Origin: Candidatus Dasytiphilus stammeri
Lineage (GTDB): Bacteria; Pseudomonadota; Gammaproteobacteria; Enterobacterales; Enterobacteriaceae
DNA: 64,000 nt
Direction of reading: 5' to 3'
Assembly (NCBI GenBank): GCA_045689995.1
Contig: CP145883.1
Coordinates: 480,750-544,749, forward strand
The position numbers and the translations under genes were made by a program. Below the pieces are notes generated by a model. That model had not been told where the DNA came from and made no database searches. It worked only from the letters and a program-made list of their open reading frames with translations. This document shows positions 1 through 11,848 of this stretch, piece by piece. The first letter of the stretch is position 1. Each line of letters starts with the position of its first letter.

Positions 1-368
1 AGTTTAGCGGATGCTAATTTAAAGGCTTCACGAGCTAGATCTTCATTAACACCGTCCATTTCATATATAATTTTACCAGGTTGAATAACTGCAACCCAAT
101 ATTCAACATTTCCTTTTCCTTTACCCATACGTACTTCTAATGGTTTTTTAGTAATTGGTTTATCTGGAAAAACTCTAATCCAAATTTTACCTTGTCTTTT
201 AATTGCACGATTTAGAGCTCGACGAGCTGCTTCAATTTGACGGGAAGTTAATTGACCACGAGTAATAGCTTTTAATCCAAAACTACCAAATTCAATCTGG
301 TTATTAGATAATCCCCGATTTCTTCCTTTTTGCATTTTTCTAAATTTTGTCCGCTTTGGCTGTAACAT
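1..368 (-). CDS. rplP: 50S ribosomal protein L16 (partial, 3' end outside window)
   Basis: Minus-strand translation from the ATG at 366-368 gives [51 protein letters not shown]..., typical L16. It follows rpsC as in the S10 operon. Confidence 0.93.
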   Translation of the reverse strand, partial: MLQPKRTKFRKMQKGRNRGLSNNQIEFGSFGLKAITRGQLTSRQIEAARRALNRAIKRQGKIWIRVFPDKPITKKPLEVRMGKGKGNVEYWVAVIQPGKIIYEMDGVNEDLAREAFKLASAK

Positions 369-382
369 CAATAATGTCCTAT

Positions 383-1081
383 TTATTTGCGGCTTCTACG
401 TAATAACTTTTTCTTTTTTGGATAATTTTTTTCTGATTTCAGATTATCCCTGATACTCAAAATTTCTCCATGAAAAATCCACACTTTTATTCCGATTACA
501 CCATATGTAGTATATGCTTCAGATACACTATAATCGATATCTGCTCTAAAAGTATGTAGAGGGACTCTGCCTTCACGAAGCCATTCGGTGCGAGCGATCT
601 CCGCTCCTCCTAATCTTCCACTAACTTCTACTTTTATACCTTTAGCACCTACGCGCATGGCATTTTGTACCGCACGTTTCAGCGCTCGTCTAAAAATTAC
701 ACGACGTTCTAACTGTGTTTTCACACTATCAGCAACTAATTTAGAATCTAATTCAGGTTTGCGTACTTCAGTAATATTAATTTGAGCTGGGACTCCAGTA
801 ATATTAGTAATACCTTGACGTAATTTTTCTATATCTTCACCTTTTTTACCAATCACAATTCCTGGTCTAGCAGTATGAATATTTACCCGAATACTTTTTG
901 ATGGACGTTCAATAAGAATCTTAGAAATAGATGCTTTAAGCAATTTTTTAGTTAAAAATTGACGAACTTTATAATCACTTTCTAAATTTTTAGCAAAATC
1001 TTTTGTATTAGCAAACCAAATAGAGGTCCAATTTTTTATGATACCTAGTCGTATACCATTAGGATTAACTTTCTGACCCAT
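383..1081 (-). CDS. rpsC: 30S ribosomal protein S3
   Basis: ORF 383..1105. The homologous start [14 protein letters not shown] is the ATG at 1079-1081. The product is colinear with E. coli S3 ([25 protein letters not shown]). Confidence 0.95.
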   Translation of the reverse strand: MGQKVNPNGIRLGIIKNWTSIWFANTKDFAKNLESDYKVRQFLTKKLLKASISKILIERPSKSIRVNIHTARPGIVIGKKGEDIEKLRQGITNITGVPAQINITEVRKPELDSKLVADSVKTQLERRVIFRRALKRAVQNAMRVGAKGIKVEVSGRLGGAEIARTEWLREGRVPLHTFRADIDYSVSEAYTTYGVIGIKVWIFHGEILSIRDNLKSEKNYPKKKKLLRRSRK

Positions 1082-1101
1082 TATTAGTCTCCAAAGTAAT
1101 C

Positions 1102-1434
1102 TCAAATGCTATCAAGAATTACAGTAATATGGCTAGTACGTCTTAAAATTCGATCGGCACGTCCTTTAGCACGTGGCATTAATTTTTTATGATTAGATCC
1201 TTTATTAACCATAATTCTTACTATCTTTAAATCATCAATATCAATGCCATTATTATGTTCTGCATTCGCAATAGCAGATTCTAAAACTTTCTTTACCAAT
1301 CTCGCAGTTTTTTTTTGAATATAACTCAGAAGATGTAGAGCTTGTGATACAGTTTTACCACGTATAACATTAACAACTAGGCGCAGTTTTTGTGCTGAAG
1401 AATCGGCATGACTATATTTAGCAATAGTTTCCAT
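1102..1434 (-). CDS. rplV: 50S ribosomal protein L22
   Basis: 110 aa, [27 protein letters not shown]... It sits in the S10-operon position between rpsS and rpsC. Confidence 0.95.
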   Translation of the reverse strand: METIAKYSHADSSAQKLRLVVNVIRGKTVSQALHLLSYIQKKTARLVKKVLESAIANAEHNNGIDIDDLKIVRIMVNKGSNHKKLMPRAKGRADRILRRTSHITVILDSI

Positions 1435-1734
1435 TTATTTTTCTTCCTTATTTATTATCATTTTTTTTGTTTTTTTATCTGCTATATGATTACGATAAGT
1501 GCGTGTTGGGACAAATTCACCTAGTTTATGACCAACCATTTCATCAGTAATAAAAATAGGAATATGTTTACGTCCATTATGAATAGCAATTGTTAAACCA
1601 ATCATACTAGGAAATATAGTGGAACGACGTGACCAAGTTTTTAATGGTCTTTTATCGCGAGTTTCTAATGTTTTTTCTACTTTTTTTAATAAATGTAAAT
1701 CTATAAAAGGACCTTTTTTAAGAGAACGGGGCAT
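1435..1734 (-). CDS. rpsS: 30S ribosomal protein S19
   Basis: 99 aa, [20 protein letters not shown]...GHKLGEF. It has a Lys-rich C-terminal tail a few residues longer than in E. coli. Confidence 0.95.
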   Translation of the reverse strand: MPRSLKKGPFIDLHLLKKVEKTLETRDKRPLKTWSRRSTIFPSMIGLTIAIHNGRKHIPIFITDEMVGHKLGEFVPTRTYRNHIADKKTKKMIINKEEK

Positions 1735-1754
1735 AAATATTATTTCCTCTAAAA

Positions 1755-2576
1755 TTATTTACTGCGTCTACGCACAATAAATTTATCAGTAAGCTTATTA
1801 TGACGAGTTTTTTTTCCTTTAGTTTGCATTCCCCAAGGACTTACTGGATGTTTGCCAAAATTTCTACCCTCACCACCTCCATGTGGATGATCAATCGGAT
1901 TCATAGCAGTTCCACGAACTGTTGGACGAATTCCCTGCCACCGTTTAGCTCCTGCTTTACCCAAACTACGCAACATATACTCTGTATTTCCAACTTCACC
2001 AATGGTCGCTCTACAAACAGATTTTATATAACGTACTTCGCCGGAACGTAATCTTAAAGTTACATAAGAACTATCTCTCGCTATAATTTGTACATATGCA
2101 CCCGCAGAACGAGCAATTTGACCACCTTTACCGGGTTTTAATTCGACATTATGTACTAAACTTCCTACTGGAATATTACACATAGGTAAACTATTACCTG
2201 TTTTTATAGAAATATCTTTTCCAGAATCAATTTGATCTCCTATCTTCAATCCTTTTGGTGCTAAAATATAACGACGTTCACCATCTTTATATAAAACTAG
2301 TGCAATATTAGCTGATCTGTTTGGATCATATTCTAATCTCTCAATAATACCACTTACACCATCCTTATTTCTTTTAAAATCAATACAACGATATTTTTTT
2401 TTATGACCACCACCAATATGACGCATTGTAATACGTCCATTATTATTACGACCACCACTTTTTACTTTAGTCTCTAATAGGGGGCTAAAAGGTTTTCCCT
2501 TATGTAAAAGGTAGTTAACTACTTTTATTACATGACGACGTCCTGGAGAAGTTGGATTACATTTTATGATTTTCAT
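1755..2576 (-). CDS. rplB: 50S ribosomal protein L2
   Basis: 273 aa with GGGHKKKYR and [14 protein letters not shown] signatures. Operon position fits. Confidence 0.96.
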   Translation of the reverse strand: MKIIKCNPTSPGRRHVIKVVNYLLHKGKPFSPLLETKVKSGGRNNNGRITMRHIGGGHKKKYRCIDFKRNKDGVSGIIERLEYDPNRSANIALVLYKDGERRYILAPKGLKIGDQIDSGKDISIKTGNSLPMCNIPVGSLVHNVELKPGKGGQIARSAGAYVQIIARDSSYVTLRLRSGEVRYIKSVCRATIGEVGNTEYMLRSLGKAGAKRWQGIRPTVRGTAMNPIDHPHGGGEGRNFGKHPVSPWGMQTKGKKTRHNKLTDKFIVRRRSK

Positions 2577-2589
2577 TATTTATACTAAA

Positions 2590-2898
2590 CTATGGTAATT
2601 TTTCTGTAAAAGTTGAAAGATTAATTTTATGATCTTTATGTAACGTCACATAAGCTTTTTTCCAATTAGTTTTTTTTACTAAGTATTTACCATACTGTTT
2701 ATTTTTTCCCTTAACTATTAAAGTATTAACTTTTATCACGGTAACATTAAACAATTTTTTTATAGCAAATTTAATTTCTAACTTTGAAGAGTTCCTAGCT
2801 ACTTTAAATACTAGTGTATTATTTTTTTCATAATTTGAGGTTTTTTCAGAAAGGTGATGAGCATGCAAGATTTCCATTACTCGTTCATCAGAAATCAT
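2590..2898 (-). CDS. rplW: 50S ribosomal protein L23
   Basis: 102 aa, lying between rplD and rplB. L23-like sequence (SEKTS...VFKV...NK.EIK.A...LF.V.V..VNTL). Overlaps the rplD stop by 4 nt. Confidence 0.93.
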   Translation of the reverse strand: MISDERVMEILHAHHLSEKTSNYEKNNTLVFKVARNSSKLEIKFAIKKLFNVTVIKVNTLIVKGKNKQYGKYLVKKTNWKKAYVTLHKDHKINLSTFTEKLP

Positions 2899-3500
2899 GT
2901 GAGTACCTCTTCAAGTTTTTGAAGAGCTTCAGTAGTCATAATCACTTTATCAAAAGCTATTAAACTAATAGGATCAATAGCCGTTATATCACGTACATCA
3001 ATACCGTATAAATTACGAGCGGCTAAAGTTAAGTTAGCATCGAAACTGCTCGTATAAATCATTACATCATTAATTTTTATATTTTTCAATTTTTCTACTA
3101 ATAATTTAGTTTTAGGTTGTGATATAAAAAATTTTTTATACAGACAAAGACGTTTTTGTCTTATTAATTCAGAAATAATACTTTTTAAAGCACCTTGATA
3201 CATTTTTTTATTAATTTTGGGATTAATTTTTTTAGGTTTAGCAGCAAATGTTACCCCTCCAGAACGCCAAAGAGGACTTGCAACTGAGCCCGCACGTGCA
3301 CGACCCGTACCTTTTTGACGCCATGGTTTTCTTTTAGATGCTTGTACCTCACCACGACTTTTTTGAGCTTTCGTACCTTGACGGATTTTAGCTGAATAAC
3401 TAACTATAACTTGATGTACTAAAGAAGCATTAAATTTATTTCCAAATTTACTATCCGAAACAGTAAGTAGGGTTGGTGAATCTTTAACAATTAATTCCAT
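2895..3500 (-). CDS. rplD: 50S ribosomal protein L4
   Basis: 201 aa with [15 protein letters not shown], the L4 signature. Operon order fits. Confidence 0.95.
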   Translation of the reverse strand: MELIVKDSPTLLTVSDSKFGNKFNASLVHQVIVSYSAKIRQGTKAQKSRGEVQASKRKPWRQKGTGRARAGSVASPLWRSGGVTFAAKPKKINPKINKKMYQGALKSIISELIRQKRLCLYKKFFISQPKTKLLVEKLKNIKINDVMIYTSSFDANLTLAARNLYGIDVRDITAIDPISLIAFDKVIMTTEALQKLEEVLT

Positions 3501-3518
3501 CCCTATTTATCTCCTTTA

Positions 3519-4154
3519 TTATAATAATTTAATAGCTGGTTTAACAATAATATCACTACCAGTAGCTCCTGGTACTGAACCTTTTATTAATAAAAGATTA
3601 TTTTCTACATCAATCTTAATAATCTTCAAGTTTTGAATTGTAACTTTTGAATCACCTAATCTTCCAGCCATTTTTTTACCTTTAAATACTCTCCCAGGGG
3701 TTTGATTTTGACCAATAGAACCGGGAACTCGATGAGATAAAGAATTACCATGAGTAGCATCTTGCATTTTAAAATTCCATCGCTTTACAGTACCAGCAAA
3801 TCCCTTTCCTTTTGATATTCCAGTAACATCTACTTTATTAATCTTAGTAAATATTTCAACATTCAAAGTTTGACCAATACTAAAATTGGGTTCAAAAGCA
3901 GATAATTTAAATTCCCATAATCCTCTACCCACGATTATTCCAGATTTATTAAAATGACCCATTTCTGGTTTAGAAATTTTATTTAATTTTTTTTTTCCAG
4001 TAGTTACTTGAATCGCACGATATCCTTCTTTTGCTAAATCTTTAATTTGTGTAACATAATTCATTTCAAATTTAATTAAAGTTACAGGTAAAGATATACC
4101 ATCTGTAGTAAAAATTCTAGTCATTCCTATTTTTTTACCAACTAAACCAACCAT
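3519..4154 (-). CDS. rplC: 50S ribosomal protein L3
   Basis: 211 aa. [15 protein letters not shown] matches E. coli MIGLVGKKVGMTRIF, and [14 protein letters not shown] is also present. Confidence 0.96.
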   Translation of the reverse strand: MVGLVGKKIGMTRIFTTDGISLPVTLIKFEMNYVTQIKDLAKEGYRAIQVTTGKKKLNKISKPEMGHFNKSGIIVGRGLWEFKLSAFEPNFSIGQTLNVEIFTKINKVDVTGISKGKGFAGTVKRWNFKMQDATHGNSLSHRVPGSIGQNQTPGRVFKGKKMAGRLGDSKVTIQNLKIIKIDVENNLLLIKGSVPGATGSDIIVKPAIKLL

Positions 4155-4166
4155 TTTATCTCCTTT

Positions 4167-4529
<363 letters not shown>

Positions 4530-4605
4530 TTAGGTCAATGTTACTGATTAGCGTATTTATAATTTATATAAACACCAGAACTTTTAAAGAATAACTTAAA
4601 ATATT

Positions 4606-4629
4606 TAAGATTTCAAGTATAAAATCTTA
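4606..4629 (-). terminator. Possible weak hairpin terminator after tuf
   Basis: Inverted repeat TAAGATTT (4606-4613) / AAATCTTA (4622-4629) with an 8-nt loop, starting 2 nt after the tuf stop. On the transcript it is followed by AAUAUUUU. The stem is almost all A/U, so it is weak. Confidence 0.3.
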
Positions 4630-4630
4630 T

Positions 4631-5818
4631 CTACAAGGTGATAACTCTAGTGACTATACCTGCTCCTACCGTATGTCCTCCTTCTCTAATAGCAAAACGT
4701 AGTCCTTCATCCATAGCAACCGGATAAATCAGCGTTACCGAAATTTTGATATTCTCTCCAGGCATAACCATTTCTACATTATTAGGTAAGGTTACATTAC
4801 CTGTAACATCAGTAGTCCGAAAATAAAACTGTGGTCGATAGCCATTAAAGAATGGAGTATGTCTACCTCCTTCTTCTTTAGTAAGAACATAGACTTCCGA
4901 TTCAAATTTCATATGTGGTCGAATTGAATTCGGTTTAGCTAATACTTGTCCTCGTTCAATATCTTCACGTTTAATGCCTCGCAAGAGAATCCCAATATTT
5001 TCACCCGCTCGTCCTTCATCTAATAATTTTCGGAACATTTCTACTCCAGTACAAGTCGATTTTACGGTATCTTTAATACCTACTATTTCTATTTCCTCAC
5101 CAACTTTTATCATACCACTTTCTACACGTCCAGTTACTACTGTACCACGACCCGATATAGAGAAGACATCTTCAATTGGTAATAGAAAAGGCTTATCAAT
5201 TGCACGTTTGGGTTCTGGGATATAATTATCTAAATACTCGGCTAATTCAATAATTTTGGCTTCCCATTTGATTTCACCTTCTAATGCTTTGAGAGCCGAC
5301 CCTCTGATGATTGGTGTATGTTCACCTGGAAAATTATACTGTGAGAGTAACTCCCGTACTTCCATTTCTACTAACTCGAGAAGTTCTTCATCATCAACCA
5401 TATCACATTTATTTAAGAATACTATAATATAAGGTACTCCTACCTGCCGAGCTAATAAAATATGCTCTCGTGTCTGTGGCATCGGACCATCAGTAGCTGC
5501 AACTACTAAAATTGCTCCGTCCATTTGTGCCGCACCGCTAATCATATTTTTTATATAATCCGCATGACCTGGACAATCCACATGTGCATAGTGACGAATT
5601 GGAGTATCATATTCTACATGAGAAGTATTAATAGTAATACCACGGGCTTTCTCTTCGGGAGCATTATCAATTTGATCAAAAGCATAAGCCTTACCACCAT
5701 ACTTTTTCGCTAAGATTGTTGTAATCGCCGCTGTTAAAGTAGTTTTACCATGATCAACATGACCTATCGTACCCACATTGACATGTGGTTTTTTACGTTC
5801 AAATTTTTCTTTAGACAC
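4631..5818 (-). CDS. tuf: Elongation factor Tu
   Basis: 395 aa with [18 protein letters not shown] and NKCD GTPase motifs. It sits in the str-operon position after fusA (tufA-like). Confidence 0.98.
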   Translation of the reverse strand: MSKEKFERKKPHVNVGTIGHVDHGKTTLTAAITTILAKKYGGKAYAFDQIDNAPEEKARGITINTSHVEYDTPIRHYAHVDCPGHADYIKNMISGAAQMDGAILVVAATDGPMPQTREHILLARQVGVPYIIVFLNKCDMVDDEELLELVEMEVRELLSQYNFPGEHTPIIRGSALKALEGEIKWEAKIIELAEYLDNYIPEPKRAIDKPFLLPIEDVFSISGRGTVVTGRVESGMIKVGEEIEIVGIKDTVKSTCTGVEMFRKLLDEGRAGENIGILLRGIKREDIERGQVLAKPNSIRPHMKFESEVYVLTKEEGGRHTPFFNGYRPQFYFRTTDVTGNVTLPNNVEMVMPGENIKISVTLIYPVAMDEGLRFAIREGGHTVGAGIVTRVITL

Positions 5819-5871
5819 TATAAAATTCCTTTACTAAAAATAACTAATCAAAATAGTTGGATTAAAATTCA

Positions 5872-7971
5872 TTATTTACGTGATTCAATAATCTTATGTG
5901 CAATACTAAGAGGTACTTCATGATATTTGAGAAACTCCATAGAATAGGAAGCACGTCCTTGAGTTTGAGAACGCAAATCGGTAGCATAACCAAACATTTC
6001 CGATAAAGGTACTTGAGCACTAACTATTTGAATTGGAAAAGCATCTTCCATACTTTCAATAATTCCACGTCTACGATTTATATCACCAATAACATCGCCC
6101 ATATAATCCTTAGGCATTTCTATTTCAACCTTCATTATTGGTTCAAGTAAAACTGGATTTGCTTTTCTAAATCCTTCTTTAAATGCTAATGAAGCCGCAA
6201 TTTTAAAAGCAATTTCTGAAGAGTCAACGTCATGATAGGATCCATCAAATAGAGTAACTTTCACATTTATTACTGGATACCCGGCTATAACACCATTATT
6301 AATTTGCTCTTGAATGCCCTTATCTACTGCCGGAATATATTCTTTAGGTACTACTCCACCAACAATAGCATTAACAAATTCATAATGCTTTTTTTCTGGT
6401 TCCAAAGGTTCAATTTTTAACCACACATGACCAAATTGACCACGTCCACCAGATTGTCTTATATATTTACCTTCTTGCTCAATAGAGCCTTTAATAGTTT
6501 CACGATAGGCAACTTGAGGTTTTCCTATGTTAGATTGAATATTAAATTCACGACGCATTCTATCTATTAGAATTTCTAGATGTAATTCGCCCATTCCTGC
6601 AATAATAGTCTGTCCCGTTTCTTCATCAGACCATACATGAAAAGAAGGATCTTCCTTAGCTAATTTATTCAATGCTAAACTCATTTTTTCTTGATCGGCT
6701 TTAGTTTTAGGTTCAACTGCTACTGAAATTACTGGTTCTGGAAAATCCATTTTTTCTAAAAGTATTGGATTATTAGGATCACAAATTGTATCTCCTGTAG
6801 TTACATTTTTTAAACCAATTGCTGCTGCTATATCACCTGCTCTTACTTCTTTAAGTTCTTCTCTTTTATTAGCATGCATTTGTACTATACGCCCAAAGCG
6901 TTCTTTTTGTAATTTTACTGAATTCAGTACTACATCTCCTGAGTTAACCACTCCAGAATATACCCTAAAGAAAGTTAAATTGCCTACAAAAGGATCAGAT
7001 GCAATTTTAAATGCTAAAGCCGAAAAAGATTCTTTATCATCTGAATGTCGAATAATAACAGTGTTATTACTTATTGTAGTACCTTTAATTGCTGGAATAT
7101 CCACAGGTGCTGGAAGATATTCTATGATTGCATCTAGTAGAGCCTGTACTCCTTTATTTTTAAACGCTGAGCCACAAGTTATTAAGGTAATCTCATTATT
7201 GATAACTCTTTGACGTAATCCATTTTTAAGTTCTAATTCCGTAATTTCTTTTCCATCTAAATATTTATCCATTAATTCTTCTGAAGCTTCTACTGCTGAT
7301 TCTACTAATTTTTTATGCCACTCTAAAGCTAAGGGTTGCATTTTTAATGGAATTTCTTCGTAAGTAAAAGTTACTCCTTGATCGCTATTATTCCAATTTA
7401 TAGCTTTCATCTTAATAAGATCTATAACTCCAGTAAATTTTTCTTCGGCACCAATAGCTAATTGAATAGGTACCGGATGTGTAGCCAATTTATTTTTAAT
7501 TTGATTAACTACTTTAAAAAAGTTAGCTCCAATACGATCCATTTTATTAATAAATGCAATTCTTGGAACCTTATATTTATTAGCCTGTCTCCATACTGTT
7601 TCTGATTGAGGTTGAACACCTCCAACAGCACAATAGATCATAACAACACCATCTAATACACGTAGTGATCGCTCCACTTCAATAGTGAAATCTACATGTC
7701 CTGGAGTATCAATGATATTAATTCTATGAGATGGAAATTGTTTAGCCATTCCACACCAAAATGTTGTAGTTGCTGCAGAAGTAATTGTAATACCACGTTC
7801 TTGTTCTTGTTCCATCCAATCCATTGTAGCAGCGCCGTCATGAACTTCACCAAGTTTATGATTCACTCCGGTATAGAATAAAATTCTTTCAGTAGTTGTA
7901 GTTTTTCCGGCATCAATATGTGCACTAATACCGATATTACGATAATATGTAATAGGTGTTGTTCGCGCCAT
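5872..7971 (-). CDS. fusA: Elongation factor G
   Basis: 699 aa with [23 protein letters not shown] and NKMDR motifs. Colinear with E. coli FusA. Confidence 0.98.
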   Translation of the reverse strand: MARTTPITYYRNIGISAHIDAGKTTTTERILFYTGVNHKLGEVHDGAATMDWMEQEQERGITITSAATTTFWCGMAKQFPSHRINIIDTPGHVDFTIEVERSLRVLDGVVMIYCAVGGVQPQSETVWRQANKYKVPRIAFINKMDRIGANFFKVVNQIKNKLATHPVPIQLAIGAEEKFTGVIDLIKMKAINWNNSDQGVTFTYEEIPLKMQPLALEWHKKLVESAVEASEELMDKYLDGKEITELELKNGLRQRVINNEITLITCGSAFKNKGVQALLDAIIEYLPAPVDIPAIKGTTISNNTVIIRHSDDKESFSALAFKIASDPFVGNLTFFRVYSGVVNSGDVVLNSVKLQKERFGRIVQMHANKREELKEVRAGDIAAAIGLKNVTTGDTICDPNNPILLEKMDFPEPVISVAVEPKTKADQEKMSLALNKLAKEDPSFHVWSDEETGQTIIAGMGELHLEILIDRMRREFNIQSNIGKPQVAYRETIKGSIEQEGKYIRQSGGRGQFGHVWLKIEPLEPEKKHYEFVNAIVGGVVPKEYIPAVDKGIQEQINNGVIAGYPVINVKVTLFDGSYHDVDSSEIAFKIAASLAFKEGFRKANPVLLEPIMKVEIEMPKDYMGDVIGDINRRRGIIESMEDAFPIQIVSAQVPLSEMFGYATDLRSQTQGRASYSMEFLKYHEVPLSIAHKIIESRK

Positions 7972-8013
7972 TTTTTTCCTCTAATATTTGGATGTAAATT
8001 AGGCTCATTAATC

Positions 8014-8484
8014 TTACCAACGGTAATGTGCAAAAGCTTTATTTGCATCAGCCATACGATGTACTTCTTCACGTTTTTTGACAGCACTTCCTTTATTTTC
8101 TAAAGCATCGATTAACTCTTTAGCTAAGCGTAATGCCATAGATTTATCATTTCTTTGACGAGCCGCTTCTATGATCCAACGCATTGCTAATGCATCACGA
8201 CGAATCGGTCTAACCTCGACAGGAACTTGATAAGTCGATCCCCCTACTCTACGTGATTTAACTTCAACAACTGGACGAACATGGCTTAATGCAGTTTCAA
8301 ATGATTCTAAAGGAGTTTTTCCAGAATGTTTAATTAAGATATCTAAAGCTGTATAAACAATTTTTTCTGCAATAGATTTTTTGCCATTTTTCATTAAAAC
8401 ATTCATAAACTTAGCTAATAAATGAGACCCTAATTTAGGTTCAGGCATTATTGCACGCTGACCAATAATACGATGACGTGGCAT
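8014..8484 (-). CDS. rpsG: 30S ribosomal protein S7
   Basis: ORF 8014..8505. The homologous start [17 protein letters not shown] is the ATG at 8482-8484. The protein ends ...[10 protein letters not shown] as in E. coli S7. Confidence 0.95.
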   Translation of the reverse strand: MPRHRIIGQRAIMPEPKLGSHLLAKFMNVLMKNGKKSIAEKIVYTALDILIKHSGKTPLESFETALSHVRPVVEVKSRRVGGSTYQVPVEVRPIRRDALAMRWIIEAARQRNDKSMALRLAKELIDALENKGSAVKKREEVHRMADANKAFAHYRW

Positions 8485-8511
8485 GATGAGACTCCATTGA
8501 TACATATAAAT

Positions 8512-8886
8512 TTAACTTTTTGGCTTTTTGACACCATATTTAGAACGTCCTCTTTGACGATCTTTAACACCAGAACAATCTAGCGCACCCCGTATAGTAT
8601 GATAACGTACTCCAGGTAAATCTTTAACACGACCACCACGAATTAAAACTACAGAATGTTCTTGAAGATTATGTCCTTCACCACCAATATATGAAGTAAC
8701 TTCAAAACCATTAGTTAAACGAACTCTGCAAACTTTACGTAAAGCCGAGTTTGGTTTTTTAGGAGTAGTTGTATATACACGAGTACATACGCCTCTCTTT
8801 TGAGGACAAGATTGTAGTGCTGGAACATTAGTCTTAGTAACCTTGGCCCTCCTTCTTTTTCTAACTAGTTGATTAACCGTTGCCAT
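8512..8886 (-). CDS. rpsL: 30S ribosomal protein S12
   Basis: 124 aa, [16 protein letters not shown]...[12 protein letters not shown]..., a highly conserved S12. Confidence 0.98.
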   Translation of the reverse strand: MATVNQLVRKRRRAKVTKTNVPALQSCPQKRGVCTRVYTTTPKKPNSALRKVCRVRLTNGFEVTSYIGGEGHNLQEHSVVLIRGGRVKDLPGVRYHTIRGALDCSGVKDRQRGRSKYGVKKPKS

Positions 8887-8931
8887 TAAACTTCCTCTTA
8901 ATTTACTTTGTAATAGATAATAAAAAATCTC

Positions 8932-8960
8932 ATTTTAAATAGCAGATATAATTGTGTCAA
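8932..8960 (-). promoter_or_regulatory. Candidate sigma70 promoter of the str operon (rpsL-rpsG-fusA-tuf)
   Basis: The minus strand reads TTGACA (8955-8960), a 17-nt spacer, then TAAAAT (8932-8937), about 45 nt upstream of the rpsL ATG. The -35 is perfect and the -10 matches 5 of 6. AT-rich background lowers specificity. Confidence 0.45.
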
Positions 8961-8981
8961 TTACATCTATAATATGACTAA

Positions 8982-9269
8982 TTACCAAGATATTAGATTA
9001 ACATGACGCTCAATTAACTTTACCAATTCATTATAACTAACTAGTAAAATTGAAGAAGAGATTTGTGATAATAAACCTCTAGCTATCACATCATCTTTTA
9101 AAACAAAAATATTAACCGAAGATTTTAAAAGATCATTTAATTTACTATTACCTTCTAAAGCAGTAATTACTCCATCTTGTAATAAGAATATTTCATCATC
9201 TGGAGATAACATTCGCACTAAGGTAGAAAAATCACAATAATAAGGAGAATGAAATAATATGTGTAACAA
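8982..9269 (-). CDS. tusB: tRNA 2-thiouridine synthesis sulfur relay protein TusB
   Basis: 95 aa. MLHILFHSPYY matches E. coli TusB MLHTLHRSPW. It uses a TTG start codon and sits upstream of rpsL as in E. coli. Confidence 0.85.
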   Translation of the reverse strand: MLHILFHSPYYCDFSTLVRMLSPDDEIFLLQDGVITALEGNSKLNDLLKSSVNIFVLKDDVIARGLLSQISSSILLVSYNELVKLIERHVNLISW

Positions 9270-9277
9270 TTTTATAA

Positions 9278-9634
9278 TCAGAAATTAATAATTATCTGAA
9301 ATTTATTAAGAATCATACGTAATTTAGTTTCGGAAACTATCTTAACTGGAATTATTAGTGGATTTTCCATTTTAAATCCTCTTTCATCTAAAGATGTAGA
9401 ACATACATAAGAAGGAATTTTACATAAATCTAATACTTTAAAAGTAGAAATATAATTGCGGGATAAGATCTGATCTGTATGTTGATTAATATTTAATTGT
9501 AATACTCCATCTCCAATAAAAAATACTCCCAATTTTTTCGGAAAATATAAAGTTGCTAAAATTAAATCTAAACCTTCTCGTCCACTACTACTACCATGTG
9601 GTGAATGAGAAAAAATTACTGCAATACTATTCAT
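9278..9634 (-). CDS. tusC: Sulfur relay protein TusC
   Basis: 118 aa, DsrF/TusC-like, lying between tusD and tusB. Its ATG overlaps the tusD stop by 1 nt. Confidence 0.85.
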   Translation of the reverse strand: MNSIAVIFSHSPHGSSSGREGLDLILATLYFPKKLGVFFIGDGVLQLNINQHTDQILSRNYISTFKVLDLCKIPSYVCSTSLDERGFKMENPLIIPVKIVSETKLRMILNKFQIIINF

Positions 9635-10032
9635 TAAAATTGAACTAATCGATCACAATATAAAAGATTTTGAGCTAATGAACTTAATCCGGTGATAATA
9701 AAACCCGATTGTAAATTACTAACAATATTTTTATTCTTATCAAGATTTTGAGTAAATGTTTGAAGATTAATTAATCCTCTCCGCATTGCAGCTGAGGAGC
9801 ATACATATAAATTAACTCCTTGTTCAATATGGAGTTTTTCCCAGGCTCTTACTAAATCAAATTCATCATTTGCTGGACTAGTTAACCAATTAGCATTAGA
9901 GATTCCTTCACCATAAAAAAATACACATAACAATTTATGATTATTTGCAATAATTGCTTGAGCAAATCGAAAAGCACTAGTAGCATGTTGAGTACCATAT
10001 GCTGGTCCAGTAACTAATAAAATCAAACGCAT
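9634..10032 (-). CDS. tusD: Sulfurtransferase TusD
   Basis: MRLILLVTGPAYGTQ matches E. coli MRFAIVVTGPAYGTQ. The conserved Cys is present in LYVCSSAAMRRG. The ATG at 10030-10032 is preferred over the TTG at 10035. Confidence 0.88.
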   Translation of the reverse strand: MRLILLVTGPAYGTQHATSAFRFAQAIIANNHKLLCVFFYGEGISNANWLTSPANDEFDLVRAWEKLHIEQGVNLYVCSSAAMRRGLINLQTFTQNLDKNKNIVSNLQSGFIITGLSSLAQNLLYCDRLVQF

Positions 10033-10229
10033 CAATGTAACCTAAGGTTATGAAAAATATCATGAATTTATGATAATCTTAACTATATAAAAATTTATTT
10101 AAATCATGTTTTTTTATTAAAAAAAATAGATTTCTCATCATCTCATGGATCTTCACTTATAACTGTAAAATATATAATGCAGAACCACATGGTAAGATAA
10201 ATTATCTTGATATATAATATACCTAAATC

Positions 10230-10859
10230 TTAACGTTTACCATAAATAATAATATTTTGTCCATGAGCTTTAATTAAATTTTTCATTTCGAGAATCTTTA
10301 ATATTCTGCCAACCGTTTCTCGAGAACATCCCACTATTTGCCCAATTTCTTGTCTAGTAATTTTAATTTGTATTCCATCAGGATGACTAATAGCATCAGG
10401 TTGTTTTGCTAAAAATAACAAAGTTTGTACAATTCGTCCTTTAACATTTAAAAAAGCTAAGTTAATAAATTTTTCATAACTATAATGAAGTTGATGTGCC
10501 ATTTGTGAAGAAAGATAGATTAAAATATTGGGATTCATTTGTAGAATTTTTCGAAATTTTTCATAAGAAATTTCAGCAATTTCACAAGGAGTTTTAGTTT
10601 TTAACCATGTGCTGCTAAGAATACCACATTCAAATAGACCTAATTCACCTATAAATTCACCTTTCTTAATATAAGAAATTATAACTTCCTTACCTTCTTC
10701 ATCTTTAAAAAATTTTATCAAAACTCCTTTAATAATATAGTAAAGTGTTTCAGTATTATTTCCTATATTAAATAATATTTTTTTTGTGGGATATTTATAA
10801 ATATGGCAATAAGATAAAAACCATTCAATTGTATAATTTATTTTAGGTATCTTTGCCAT
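10230..10859 (-). CDS. crp: CRP-family global transcription regulator (cAMP receptor protein ortholog)
   Basis: From the ATG at 10857-10859 the 209-aa product is colinear with E. coli CRP ([55 protein letters not shown]). The upstream ORF extension to 10928 has no homology. Confidence 0.92.
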   Translation of the reverse strand: MAKIPKINYTIEWFLSYCHIYKYPTKKILFNIGNNTETLYYIIKGVLIKFFKDEEGKEVIISYIKKGEFIGELGLFECGILSSTWLKTKTPCEIAEISYEKFRKILQMNPNILIYLSSQMAHQLHYSYEKFINLAFLNVKGRIVQTLLFLAKQPDAISHPDGIQIKITRQEIGQIVGCSRETVGRILKILEMKNLIKAHGQNIIIYGKR

Positions 10860-11101
10860 ATTAATAAACCTATTAATTCTAGATAATAGAAAGTAAGTTA
10901 TTTCGCAATACTCATTAACCAAATTCATTTTAATCTCGAAAAATTATTTATATATTGTAATCTTTAATCTTATAAAGAGATTCATTAGAATGGATTATTA
11001 AAATCTTAATTATTATTAACCATTCACAAACCATGTTAATAAATTGAATGACTTGATAACTTAGAAACTAATGAAGAGTAACTGGTAATTAAATGAGTAA
11101 T

Positions 11102-11848
11102 TTTGAAGATGCTGGATCAAAGGCTAATTTCGCCAGTTTGGAATTTATAATCCAAATGCTCAATAAGATCTACTTAAAGATCGAGAATCATTCTCCTCTT
11201 ATCGAGTAAATGATAAATTTTACAAGAAGTATTAATCAAACAGCATCCCAATTAGCTACAGCTACTTATTATAGTATAAATAATTTTCCTATAATTATAT
11301 TTATTCTAGATTTATTACTTGATTTTGGATTTAAACTGTTTGGTGATTTGTGTTAAGGCAGCTAACAATCAAGAAGCTTATAAGATTAGTGCCACCTCAG
11401 AAATAACAACACTTAATGGAGAAGAATTACATTATTAAGGATGGACATAATCATTTATATTCATACGTTAATAGTTCCTAATTGTATTTATTCTGATCCA
11501 GATAATATTATGAATTAGTAGTTACTATCCATGATAGTTTTAACTGATATATGAGAAAATATAATTAAATTATTACGTTACATTCATTACTCAAAAGCGC
11601 ATTCTAGGGAGTTTAGATTAACATAAATCCAAGGGGGTTGCTTTTTACTATCTCTAGCATTGGTAATATTGTAGGTAGTTTATTCAAGATAATTATTAAT
11701 CCTCCTGAAGTTGCTATTATTAATATTTATCAAATTTTAACTAAAAGATTATGGAATTGTATAACAATTTATACTTCGAATAAGATTACCACGTTCATTA
11801 TCTTATGATATCAAGTTATTAATATTACACGATTTATTAATTATATAA
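11102..11848 (+). pseudogene. aceF: Decayed relic of the dihydrolipoamide acetyltransferase (PDH E2) catalytic domain
   Basis: 11635-11718 translates to GLLFTISSIGNIVGSLFKIIINPPEVAI, against E. coli [29 protein letters not shown]. That frame has a TAG at 11614-11616. After a frameshift, 11786-11848 gives LPRSLSYDIKLLILHDLLII*, against LPISLSFDHRVIDGA. It lies directly upstream of lpdA as in the E. coli aceEF-lpd operon. The 5' boundary is approximate. Confidence 0.8.

Noticed and set aside
383-1734. Lys-rich C-terminal extensions of ribosomal proteins: S3 ends [11 protein letters not shown] and S19 ends [14 protein letters not shown].
   Set aside because: This is the expected consequence of AT mutational bias at unconstrained termini and is not a functional novelty.
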